DNA of 64,000 nucleotides from an uncultured Thermoleophilia bacterium (GTDB lineage Bacteria; Actinomycetota; Thermoleophilia; Gaiellales; Gaiellaceae): NCBI GenBank assembly GCA_963797645.1, contig CAWCQC010000016.1, positions 14,172 to 78,171 of the forward strand, read 5' to 3'. Shown piece by piece: positions 19,557 to 28,688 of this stretch (position 1 is its first letter; each line of letters starts with the position of its first letter). The notes under the pieces were generated by a model. It saw only the letters and a program-made list of their open reading frames with translations, ran no database searches and was not told where the DNA came from. The position numbers and the translations under genes were made by a program.

Positions 19557-21097
19557 TGCCGTACCGCTTCGATCTCCACGTCCGTCTCGAGGCAATCCAC
19601 ACCCCGCATGACCCGCTGGCCCTGCGGGCCGCGTTGCGGGCACAGGTGCACGACCCGGTGTGGTTCCTCGCCCGGCAGTGGCAGCTTGGCGAGCATCTCG
19701 GCCGCGACGCCGCGTCGCCCGCCCTCGTCCACCTGACGGTGACCGAGACGCCGGTTGCCGGCCGATCCAACGCGCCGGAGGAGGACCCGCGGATCACGCC
19801 ACCCGAGGCGATTATCGAGTCCGAGCCCGAGCAATGGTGGACCGTGGGGCGAAGGGTACGAGTCGGTCGTGCGCTCCGCAGTGCCGTCCCGCCGGCACGG
19901 CGACGTGATGCGACTCTGCTTGTTGGCGGCTTGGGAGCGCCGTACGATCGGCTGAACGGTCGGGTCCTCGACGGTCTGGCGTTGTACCGTGCGCGAGCAG
20001 ACCTCGGTCTGTCCGACGCCCTGTTCACGGCACAGGGGATGCCGGGCGCCGAGCCGGAAGACGACTGGCGGCCTTCGGAGCTCGCGTACTCGGCGACGTT
20101 CACCGCAGGGCCGACGACGTTGACGATCCCGCGTCACGACGGAGGCGACGTCGACTGGTACTCCGCTACAGCCACCGGTCCCGCTCCGCCTCCCGCATCG
20201 CCTCCGGTCGTGCGTACGAGCTACCCGACGCGCGTTGCCTACGACGGGTCGCCCCATCCGAGGTGGTGGCAGATCGAGGATCACCGCTACGATCCCGGCG
20301 CTGTTGCCCCGCATCGCACGCATCTCGCGGCGCTGATGCTGATCCACGTGACCGCCTCGCACGGCGACGACTGGTTCACGGCGCCGGTGCTCAGTCCGAC
20401 CGGCACGCTCGTGGCCGTCACGCGCATGCAAGTCGAAGACGTGATGGGACTGACTTCGACGAACCGCCCGGTGGACGACTGGTCACTGTTCCACGTCAGC
20501 GGACGGCGGCCCGGCGAGCTGCTGATCTGGCCGACGATCGCCAATCCGCTGACGGGTACGAGCGCGCTCGACGAGGTGTTGCTGGGCGTGGACGAGGATG
20601 CCAACGTGCTGTGGGCGATCGAGCAGCGCGTCGACGGCACGGAGCTCGTCGAGCCGGACGAGCCTGTCCCCGCGACGCCAACCGAGGCTCCGCCCGGTCA
20701 GGTCGTCGTCACGGGAGCCCGCCGGTACCGCTACGTCCCGGCGACGACGGTTCCCCGCCTCTGGCACCCGTACCTGTCCTCGGACGTCGGCAACGTGCGG
20801 CGCTACGTGCAGGGTCGCCTGGCCGACCTCAACGCCAGGCCGGTGACGCCCCGGCCAGGCCCGACGAGTCGTCTACTTCGCGACCCGGCCGCCGGCCCGG
20901 CCGACCCAGCGCACGAGATCCTGCCCGACACCATCCCCCGGGCCGGCCTTCGCCTGGAACGGCGCCACGTCCTCGGTCGGCGAACCGACGGCGAGCCGGT
21001 GCTGTGGGTGCAACGCCGCCGAATGCCGCTCTTCGCCCCGCCCGCATCTGCCTTGCGTCTCGATGTCCTCGAGGAGATCCCGGAAATTCGGCTATGA
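19556..21097 (+). CDS. G6: hypothetical protein (513 aa), last large gene of the operon
   Basis: ATG 19556 overlaps the G5 stop (TGATG). Strings VWFLARQWQLGEHLGRDAASP and HPRWWQIEDHRYDPGAVAPHRTHLAALMLIHVTASHGDDWF. Intact. Confidence 0.8.
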   Translation: MPYRFDLHVRLEAIHTPHDPLALRAALRAQVHDPVWFLARQWQLGEHLGRDAASPALVHLTVTETPVAGRSNAPEEDPRITPPEAIIESEPEQWWTVGRRVRVGRALRSAVPPARRRDATLLVGGLGAPYDRLNGRVLDGLALYRARADLGLSDALFTAQGMPGAEPEDDWRPSELAYSATFTAGPTTLTIPRHDGGDVDWYSATATGPAPPPASPPVVRTSYPTRVAYDGSPHPRWWQIEDHRYDPGAVAPHRTHLAALMLIHVTASHGDDWFTAPVLSPTGTLVAVTRMQVEDVMGLTSTNRPVDDWSLFHVSGRRPGELLIWPTIANPLTGTSALDEVLLGVDEDANVLWAIEQRVDGTELVEPDEPVPATPTEAPPGQVVVTGARRYRYVPATTVPRLWHPYLSSDVGNVRRYVQGRLADLNARPVTPRPGPTSRLLRDPAAGPADPAHEILPDTIPRAGLRLERRHVLGRRTDGEPVLWVQRRRMPLFAPPASALRLDVLEEIPEIRL

Positions 21098-21215
21098 ACG
21101 CTAGAGGGTCGGCCGGCGTTCGACGACATACGCTTGCCCTGCCCGGGCTCGCGGTCGGCCCGTTCGCGTCCCTGCAGCGTGTTTCACAGGAGATCCGATA
21201 GGGTAGATCTGCTTC

Positions 21216-21233
21216 AAGCGCAGCGATGCGCTT
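21216..21233 (+). terminator. weak terminator-like hairpin after the giant operon
   Basis: AAGCGCA-GCGA-TGCGCTT, a 7-bp perfect stem with a GNRA-type loop, about 120 nt after the G6 stop. No U-tract. Confidence 0.3.
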
Positions 21234-21353
21234 CTTCAGCGACTGGGCCGGGTGCTGCCGCAGGCGCCCGGCTCAGGTTTTCTCAGAGCCACCCCGGCAG
21301 CCGACCGTTGTAGGAGCTCCGCGGGGCAGGCCCACTCTGAGAGAGTCCCCCGC

Positions 21354-22241
21354 ATGCCTGCGCCGGCGCGCGGATATGCGCTCGTCCTCGTCTCGGCGTC
21401 CTGCTTCGGGACGCTCGGGGTCTTCTCGAAGCTCTTCTACGACGCCGGCGGTGACGCATACACCCTTCTCTTCCTGCGCTTTGCGGTCACCGGGCCGGTA
21501 CTCGCGCTGCTCGCCTACCTCGCTCCGCAATCCCTGGCCGGGGCGCAAGGCGGCCGTACTCGGAGCCTCCCTCGGCGTGTTTCAGCTCGGGGTCGCGATC
21601 GCGCTCTTCGAGGGCTTCGAACGCGCCCCGGTGGCGCTCGTCACGCTCCTCTACTTCGCCTACCCGCTGATCACCGTGGTCGGGGCGGCGCTGCTCTTCC
21701 ACGAGGAGCTCGGGTGCAGGCGCGCCCTGATCCTCGTCGTCGCCCTGGCGGGCGTCGCGCTCACGATCGGCGCGCCGGAGTCGGCGACGTGGGTCGGGAT
21801 CGTGCTCGGGCTCGCGGCCGGGCTGTGCGTCGCGGCGCTGATTCTCTCGAGCCGCCACCTGATGTCTGCGCTACCCGCTCACGCCGCTCGATGCTCGGCG
21901 GACTCATGTTCACGAGCCCGGCAATCGTGCTCGCCCTGACATTGCCCGCGCGGGCTGCGGACTTCGACCTCTCGGGTGAGGCATGGGCCTGGGCGGTCGC
22001 GTCGGTCGTCGTCGGGGCGGTGATCCCGATCGGGCTCTTCTACAGCGGTATCCGCCGCGTGGGAGCCGGAACAGCGGGTTTGCTCTCGGTCGCCGAGCCG
22101 CTCGTCAGCGTCCTGCTCGCGTATGCCGTGCTGGACGAGTCGCTCACCGCGCTGCAGCTCGTCGGCGGGGTCCTGATCGTCGCGAGCGTCGTCGCCCTCA
22201 GCCTGCAGCGTCCGGTGCGTAGCTACGGTGCGCGGCAGTGA
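21354..22241 (+). pseudogene. EamA/DMT-family transporter, 2-3 apparent frameshifts (~21540, ~21870-21900)
   Basis: MPAPARGYALVLVSASCFGTLGVFSKLFY...LAPQSLAG is in one frame, RKAAVLGASLGVFQLGVAIALFEGF...ILSSRHLMS in a second, and MLGGLMFTSPAIV...LIVASVVALSL back in the first. The first shift is at a G4 run. Confidence 0.8.
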
Positions 22242-23067
22242 CGATCACCGTCCTGCTGGGGATCGCGAGCGCCGTCTGCTGGGGGGCTCCCGACGTCTGG
22301 CTCGCCCGGGCGACGCGAAGCGTCGGGACGGTCGCCGTTCTGCTTCGGCTCGATCCTGATCGGGTTCTGCCTCGATCCTGCCGGGCGCCTTCTTCGTCGA
22401 CACCCCGGACTGGACGGCGCGCGGTGTCGGGCTCGCGGTGCTCGTGGGCGTGCTGTCTGCGTTCGCCTACCGCATCGGCTTCTCGGCGTTTCGGGACGGT
22501 GCGGTCTCGGTGGTCGCGCCGATCATCGCCTGTGAGGGTGCGGTCGCGGCGGTCATCGCCATCGCGGCCGGCGAGGACGTGCCGACCGTCGCCGCGGTGT
22601 TCCTGCCGATCGCGGTGGTCGGGGTCATCCTGGCCGCGATGGGGCGGGGTGGAGGCCGGGCGGCCGTGCTACCGGCGGTCGCCGCGGCGCTCATGTGGGG
22701 AGTGATCCTCGCCCTGAGCGTCCCGGTGGCCGACGACCTCGGTGTCTACTGGGGCTTCCTCCTCATCCGCGCGAGCGCCCTCGCCACGGCGCTGCCGATG
22801 GCGATTGCCGCGGGCGCCGTCACCTCCTGGACGAGGGATTTCTGGAAGGTCGCCGCCTGGGGTGTCGGCGACTCGGCTGCGTACCTGCTGTACGTTGCGG
22901 CCGCCGACCGCGGGCCGGCGGCCGTGGCGAGCGTCCTTGCCGCACAGTTCGCGACCGTAGCCGTCTTCGCCGGCTTGATCTCGGGTGAACGCCCTCTGCC
23001 TCGCCAGGTCGCCGGGATCGTGCTCGTGATCGTCGCAGTCACGGGAATCGCCGCTCTCGGCGGCTAG
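22238..23067 (+). pseudogene. second EamA/DMT-family transporter, about 2 apparent frameshifts (22340-22400)
   Basis: MTITVLLGIASAVCWGAPDVWLARATRSVGTVAVL (frame a), FGSILIGFCL (frame b), GAFFVDTPDWTARGVGLAVLVGVLSAFAYRIGF...VIVAVTGIAALGG (frame c). The start overlaps the stop of the previous gene. Confidence 0.75.
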
Positions 23068-23100
23068 CACCGCGCCGGCTCGTCGTCCGGGGCGTCCGCG

Positions 23101-24195
23101 ATGCTGACCTCGATGGCGACACCCGAGCGGATCCTCCGCGTGCGCCCGCGCACGGTGCTGGGCGTGCTCGGGCCTCGCCCTGCTCGTCGCGGCCCTGGTG
23201 TTTCTCGTCTACTCGAGCTGGCGGATCATCACGTGGATCCTGATCGCGCTGTTTCTCGCGATGGCTTTCAACCCGGCGGTCGAGTTCTTCGAGCGGCGGG
23301 GGATGCGGCGCGTCTTCGCCGCGCTGATCGTGCTCGTCCTGGCGGTCGCCGTGATCGGGGGCTTCCTCTACCTCGTGCTGCCGCCGCTCATCGACCAGAT
23401 CGCGGAGTTCGTCGACGCCGTTCCCGGGCTGGTGCAGGAGCTCACCCGCGGCGAAGGCCCGCTCGGGTTCCTCGAGCGCGACTACCAGATCGTCGAGCGG
23501 ATCCGCGCGGCGCTCCAGGATCGTGGCCTCGGAAGCGTCCTCGGTCTGACGACGCCGGCGCTCTCGATCGCGCAGAGCGTCGTAACGGCGGTGGTCGGCG
23601 TCGTCGCGATCGTCTTCCTCACGCTGTTCATGCTCATCGACGGCCCACGTCTGCACCGGTCGATCGTCGGACCTCCTCCCCGAGGGCCCGCGGGCCCGCT
23701 GGGAGCGCATGGCTCATGGCATCTACAAGACGGTCGGGGGCTACGTCTCGGGCAACCTGCTGATCAGCTTCATCGCGTTCATCGGCGCGCTCGTGATCCT
23801 GCTCGCGACCGGCGTCCCGTACTCGGTGCCGCTCGCACTCGTGGCCGGGGTGTTCGATCTCGTCCCGCTCGCAGGAGCGACCATCGCGGCCGTCATCCTC
23901 GTGACCGTTGCGACGATCACGAAGGGGTGGGTCATCGGCCTCATCGTCGGTGTCTTCTTCCTCGTGTACCAGCAGTTCGAGAACCACGTGCTCCAGCCGC
24001 TGATCTACGGGCGCACGGTGCAGCTCTCGCCGCTCGTCGTCCTCGCCGCGGTGCTGATCGGCGCCGAGCTCGCCGGGATCATCGGCGCGCTCGGGGCGAT
24101 CCCGATCGCCGGGCGCCATCCAGGTGATCCTGCGCGAGTACCTCGAAGCGCGCCGCGAGCGCGCGGCGAAGGCCGAGGCCGACCGGCCGCTCTGA
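23101..24195 (+). pseudogene. AI-2E (PerM/YdiK-like) family transporter, 3 apparent frameshifts (~23174, ~23669, ~24112)
   Basis: Pieces ..RTVLGVLG / LALLVAALVFLVYSSWRIITWILIALFLAMAFNP...FMLIDGPRL / LLPEGPRARWERMAHGIYKTVGGYVSGNLLIS...GAIPIAG / AIQVILREYLEARRERAAKAEADRPL join only by frame changes. Confidence 0.8.
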
Positions 24196-24246
24196 TTTCA
24201 CCGGCTCGTAAGGTTCTCGCCCCAGGCGCCCTCTACGATCCGTCCA

Positions 24247-24651
24247 ATGCGAGTCGAGATGCGCCGGCGAACCATGGACCACCTGCTGGCGGAGGCGCGC
24301 GAGGGGATCGAGCGCCTGACGCCCGAGGAAGCCTTCGTCGCTGCTCGGGCCGGGGCCGTCCTCGTCGACGTCCGCTCGGCCGACGAGCAGCGACGGCAAG
24401 CGGTGCGCATCCCGGGGGCGCTTCACCATCCGTTGTCCGTGGTGGCGTGGCGGCTCGATCCCGACTGCCCGACGCAGAACGCGAAGCTGCCGCTCGACGC
24501 GCACGTGATTCTGCTCTGCCGCGAGGGATACTCGTCGAGCCTGGCCGCATCCTGGCTGCGTGCGATCGGCTTCGCGCGGGCCGACGACGTGATCGGCGGC
24601 GTCGACGCTTGGCGTGCCTCGGGACTCCCGTTGACCGAGGCGGTGACTTGA
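24247..24651 (+). CDS. rhodanese-like domain protein
   Basis: VLVDVRSADE, active-site loop LLCREGYSSS and GGVDAWRASGLPL. Intact. Confidence 0.85.
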   Translation: MRVEMRRRTMDHLLAEAREGIERLTPEEAFVAARAGAVLVDVRSADEQRRQAVRIPGALHHPLSVVAWRLDPDCPTQNAKLPLDAHVILLCREGYSSSLAASWLRAIGFARADDVIGGVDAWRASGLPLTEAVT

Positions 24652-24704
24652 CAGTTGCCCGTCCGCCATGAATCAAATGATCGATCCGACAGAGGAGGAG
24701 TGCC

Positions 24705-26066
24705 ATGGCGGCGATCGCCGACGATCTGCTGAGCGAGCTCGAGGGCGTACGCGGCGACCTGCTCCGCCCGGCCGACGACGGCTACGACGAGGCTCGCCGG
24801 ATCCACAACGCCATGATCGACAAGCGGCCGGGCCTCATCGTGCGCTGCCGGGGAACGCGCGGACGTCGTCGCAGCGGTGAATCTGGCCCGTGAGCACGGC
24901 CTCGAGGTGTCCGTCCGCGGCGGCGGCCACAACGTCGCGGGACGGGCGGTCACCGAGGGCGGCCTCATGATCGACCTGTCGGCGATGAAGCCGTTCAGGT
25001 CGATCCGGCGGCGCGCCGCGCCCGCGTCCAGGGCGGCGCGACCTGGGGCGACGTGAACCGCGAGACGCAGCTTCACGGCCTCGCCGTGACCGGCGGCGCG
25101 ATCTCGACGACCGGCGTCGCCGGGCTGACGCTCGGAGGCGGCCTCGGGTGGCTGATGAGCCAGTACGGTCTCGCGGCCGACAACCTCGTCTCCGCCGAGG
25201 TCGTGACGGCCGACGGGCGCGTCCTCACCGCGAGCGAGAGCGAGAACGCCGACCTCTTCTGGGGCCTCCGAGGCGGCGGCGGGAACTTCGGCGTGGTGCC
25301 GTGGTTCGAGTTCCGGCTGCACGAGGTCGGGCCGATGATCACCGGCGGGATGGTGATCCATCCCTTCGACGCCGCCCGCGACGTCCTCCGCTTCTATCGC
25401 GATTTTGCCGCAGACATGCCGGACGAGTTGACCGTCTTCGGGGCAATGCCGCATGCGCCCGACGGCTCGGGGACGCCCGTTGCGGGCTTCGCCGTCTGCC
25501 ATACAGGGCCGCCCGAGCAGGCGAGCGCCGATCTCCAGCCGCTGCTCGAGTTCGGCGAGCCTCTCGAGGTGCACGTCGGTCCGATGCCGTACGAGGCGCT
25601 GAACGCGATGCTCGACGGCGGGTTCGCCGAGGGTGCCCAGAACTACTGGAAGTCGAGCTTCCTGACCGAGGTGCCGGACGACCTGATCGACGAGCTCGTC
25701 AAGCGGTTCGCCGCTTGCCCGTCGCCGATGTCCGCAATCATCTTCGAGGTCTTTCACGGCCGGGTCACGCGGATTCCCGTTTCGGCAACAGCGGTTCCCC
25801 ATCGGGAGCCGGGCTTCAACATGGTGCTGGCTTCGCTCTGGCCGGACCCGGCGGACAATCAGGCGAACATGACCTGGACGCGCGAGACGTTCGCTGCCGC
25901 CGAGCCGTACTTCGCCGGCCGCCGCTGGCTCAACTACCTTGGAGACGACGAGGACGAGCAGGCTGTACGGGCCGCGTACGGACCGAACTACGAGCGGCTC
26001 GTCGAGCTCAAGCGGCGTTACGACCCCGAAAACCTCTTCCGGCTGAATCAGAACATCCGGCCGTAG
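24705..26066 (+). pseudogene. FAD-binding oxidase with BBE-type C-terminus, 2 compensating frameshifts (~24848 and ~24992)
   Basis: GAGGAGG precedes the ATG. ..DKRPGLIVRC is in frame 0, ADVVAAVNLAREHGLEVSVRGGGHNVAGRAV..MIDLSAMKP in another frame, and VQVDPAARRARVQGGATWGDVNRETQLHGLAVTGG...YDPENLFRLNQNIRP back in frame 0. Confidence 0.8.
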
Positions 26067-26128
26067 CGGACTCCGCGGCGCCCGGCGCCCGTATCCCTTC
26101 CGCACACGTTCTCGACGAAGGAGGGGTC

Positions 26129-27176
26129 ATGTGCCGGGCACGCCGTCTCGCTGTCTTCGTCGCCGGGCTGCTCGCCGTGCTCTGCGCGGTTCCCGGCCTC
26201 GCGCATGCCGACGGGCTGCCGGTGATCGGCATCGACGCGGGCCCCGGCGGTGTGCCGGCACGGTCCGGCGATGTCCGGTACGTCACGCTTCGGGCCGGTC
26301 CGGACACGGTCCTCGCGAAGATCGAGCAGGAGGGCGGCAACGTCGCCACCTCCGTGCTCATGCGCGGGACGCTCGCCGTTCCCGTCGTCGCCTTCGACGG
26401 CACGCCCGGAGGGGTTTCCGCGGACGGATCGACTCTCGTCCTGATCAGGCCGCGGGCCGCGTTCCCGCGTGCGAGCACGACGTTCGCCGTCGTCGCGACC
26501 GGCTCCTTGCGAACACGCGAGCGGGTCACGCTCCGCGGCGACTTCAGCTTCGACGCCGTCTCACCCGACGGCGAGTTCGCTGTACCTGATCGAGTACACG
26601 TCTCGGACAGATCCCACCCGGTATCGCGTCCGTGCGTACGACGCGGTCGCGGGCAGGCTCCTGCCGGAGCCGATCGTCGACCCGCGTGAGCCCGACGAGC
26701 GGATGCGCGGCTATCCGATCACGAGGGTGACGAGCCCGGACGGCCGCTTCGAGTACACGCTCTACGACGGCGCCGGACACGGGCCGTTCGTCCACGCGCT
26801 CGACACCGAGGCGCGGTCCGCAGCATGCATCGACCTGGACGCGCTGGCGGCCCGAGCCGACCTCTACGAGCTTCGGCTCGCGGTCAGCGCAGACGGTCGG
26901 ATTGTCAGCGTGACGAGGGCGAACGAGCCGCTCGCGCTCATCGATGCGCAGACGTTCGATGTCTCCGAGCCGCGCGCGGCGGAGCAGCCCGACGGCGCGC
27001 GACCGGCCGTGGAGAGGGCGACTGAAACGCAAGCGGCGGCGGCGGCACAGAGCTCCACACGCGGCGTCGGGACAGTCGTGCCGGCACTCCTTGGTGCGCT
27101 CGTGGCCGGCGTCGGGCTCGCGGCGTTGGTGATCGGCCGTCGACGGCGGCGTGTCGTGCCGACCTCGACGTCCTGA
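26129..27176 (+). pseudogene. secreted protein with C-terminal membrane anchor, one apparent frameshift (~26575)
   Basis: GAAGGAGGGG precedes ATG 26129. Signal peptide MCRARRLAVFVAGLLAVLCAVPGLAHA. ..FDAVSPDGE then continues in another frame as LYLIEYTSRTDPTRYRVRAYD...GTVVPALLGALVAGVGLAALVIGRRRRR. Confidence 0.7.
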
Positions 27177-27239
27177 GCCGCCTAGCGCCGACGGTCGTGT
27201 GGAGCGGCTTGCTCAACCCGCCACCGTGGACGCGCTAAC

Positions 27240-27267
27240 GAGTCCGGGCCCTTGCGGGCCCGGACTC
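27240..27267. terminator. strong bidirectional terminator-like hairpin between convergent genes
   Basis: GAGTCCGGGCCC-TTGC-GGGCCCGGACTC, a 12-bp perfect stem with a 4-nt loop. It lies between the stops at 27176 (+) and 27290 (-). Confidence 0.7.
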
Positions 27268-27289
27268 ACGTTCTCGCTCGAGGCGTGCC

Positions 27290-28510
27290 TCAGAGCCTCG
27301 GGATCCTGATTCCCCTGTTCTGGATCTTCTGCGTGCCGGCCAGGTTGACGAATGCCACCTGGAGCTGCGCCGGCCCGCGGGCGATGCCGTTGCGGAGATT
27401 CATGCGAAGCACTGCCGTGTCCGCGTCGAAGTTGCGGATGGTGCGGGACTGGATCGTCACGCCGTTCCGGCGAACGCGCAGGACGATCCGGGCGAGATCC
27501 TCCTGGGCGTCGACCCGTACGCGCAGTTGGCGTATCGCGCGCGGCGGCCCGGTCTTCCGGATGCTCGTACTGACGACCGATGCCTGAACCTGCGCCGACA
27601 CGAACGTCCCCGTCACGGCCTGGGCCGCACTCATCGTGACCACGCAGGTGCCGGTGCCGGCGCACCCCGCGCCGGTCCAGCCCTGGAACACGGTTCCCGG
27701 AGCCGCCTGCGCCGTCAGCGTCACGACCGTTCCCTGCGGGAAGCTCGCGGTGCACGTGCCGGGGCACGCGATGCCGGTGGGGCTGGACGAGACGCCGCCT
27801 GTCCCGTTCCCGGACAGGGTGACGGTGAGCGGGAACGTCTGCGTGTCGAACGTCGCAGTCACGGACTGCGCCGCGTTCATGGTCACGACGCAGCTCCCCG
27901 TGCCCGTGCAGGCGCCGCTCCAGCCGGTAAACGTCGATCCGGTGGCCGGCGTGGCGGTGAGCGTTACGACGCTTCCCTGCGTGTAGCTCTCGCCGCAGTC
28001 CGCGCCGCAGTCGATCCCCGGCGGGGCACTCGTGACCGTCCCCTGGCCGGTTCCCGCCTTCAACACCGCGAGCGGGAACGTGTTCGGGGCCGGGGCGAAG
28101 TTCGCCGTGGCCGTGATCGGGTTGTCGAAGCCCATGTTGACAACGCACGTGATCGACAGTGCGTCGCAGCCGCTCACGATCGCCCCGGCCGGCTCGACAG
28201 TCCAGCCGGTGAACGTCGAACCGGCAGCCGCGATGGCCGTCAGCTCAGGCGTGTCCGCGAAGGGCAAGAAGATGAACCACGTGTACTCCTCGGTGCACGT
28301 CGGCGTACACGTGCGCAGGACGTCCCCGTTGTCCAAGAAGTTCACCTGACCGCCGCCGGTGCCGGCCAGGTTGATGTTGAGCGTGCTCTCGTCGGTGAAG
28401 AAGCCTGCATTCGCGGCTGGCGAAGCGGCGAGCGTCGCGACAAACGCGCCGACCAGCACGAAGAAGAGCAGAAGCCTCCTTGCTCCTCGCCTTGGTTTCT
28501 CGACCTTCAC
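27290..28510 (-). CDS. secreted protein with tandem InlB-B-repeat-like (Listeria-Bacteroides type) Cys-containing repeats
   Basis: GTG 28510 follows GGGAGGG. Signal peptide RRLLLFFVLVGAFVATLAASPAANA. Repeats have the form G.G.V.S.P.GI.C...C...Y/F.QG..VTLTA.P..GS.F.GW.G.C.G.G.C.V.M....V.A.F. Intact. Confidence 0.8.
   Translation of the reverse strand: MKVEKPRRGARRLLLFFVLVGAFVATLAASPAANAGFFTDESTLNINLAGTGGGQVNFLDNGDVLRTCTPTCTEEYTWFIFLPFADTPELTAIAAAGSTFTGWTVEPAGAIVSGCDALSITCVVNMGFDNPITATANFAPAPNTFPLAVLKAGTGQGTVTSAPPGIDCGADCGESYTQGSVVTLTATPATGSTFTGWSGACTGTGSCVVTMNAAQSVTATFDTQTFPLTVTLSGNGTGGVSSSPTGIACPGTCTASFPQGTVVTLTAQAAPGTVFQGWTGAGCAGTGTCVVTMSAAQAVTGTFVSAQVQASVVSTSIRKTGPPRAIRQLRVRVDAQEDLARIVLRVRRNGVTIQSRTIRNFDADTAVLRMNLRNGIARGPAQLQVAFVNLAGTQKIQNRGIRIPRL
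27596..28387 (-). repeat. three tandem coding repeats of about 75-80 codons (one degenerate) inside the preceding CDS
   Basis: FPLAVLKAGTGQGTVTSAPPGIDCGADCGESYTQGSVVTLTATPATGSTFTGWSGACTGTGSCVVTMNAAQSVTATF aligns with FPLTVTLSGNGTGGVSSSPTGIACPGTCTASFPQGTVVTLTAQAAPGTVFQGWTGAGCAGTGTCVVTMSAAQAVTGTF. Confidence 0.75.
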
Positions 28511-28688
28511 GTCATCCCTCCCTTGGTTGCGTGAAAACGCCCGACCAATCATCGGGTGTAGCCGTCGCCGAGTCAACGCGCGGCCGAGGGATGCCCGCTA
28601 CCGGGCTCTATCCCTGGTCGCGCGTTAGGTGGTGACACCGGGCGGCTCACGTCAGCGCCGATAGACGCCGACTCCGCCTTGTGAGAGG

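Noticed and set aside
25148-26689. 513-aa ORF spanning the FAD oxidase and the next gene
   Set aside because: Upstream of ATG 26129 it is an off-frame read through the oxidase. Only the part after the GAAGGAGGGG ribosome-binding site looks like a real, signal-peptide-bearing protein.
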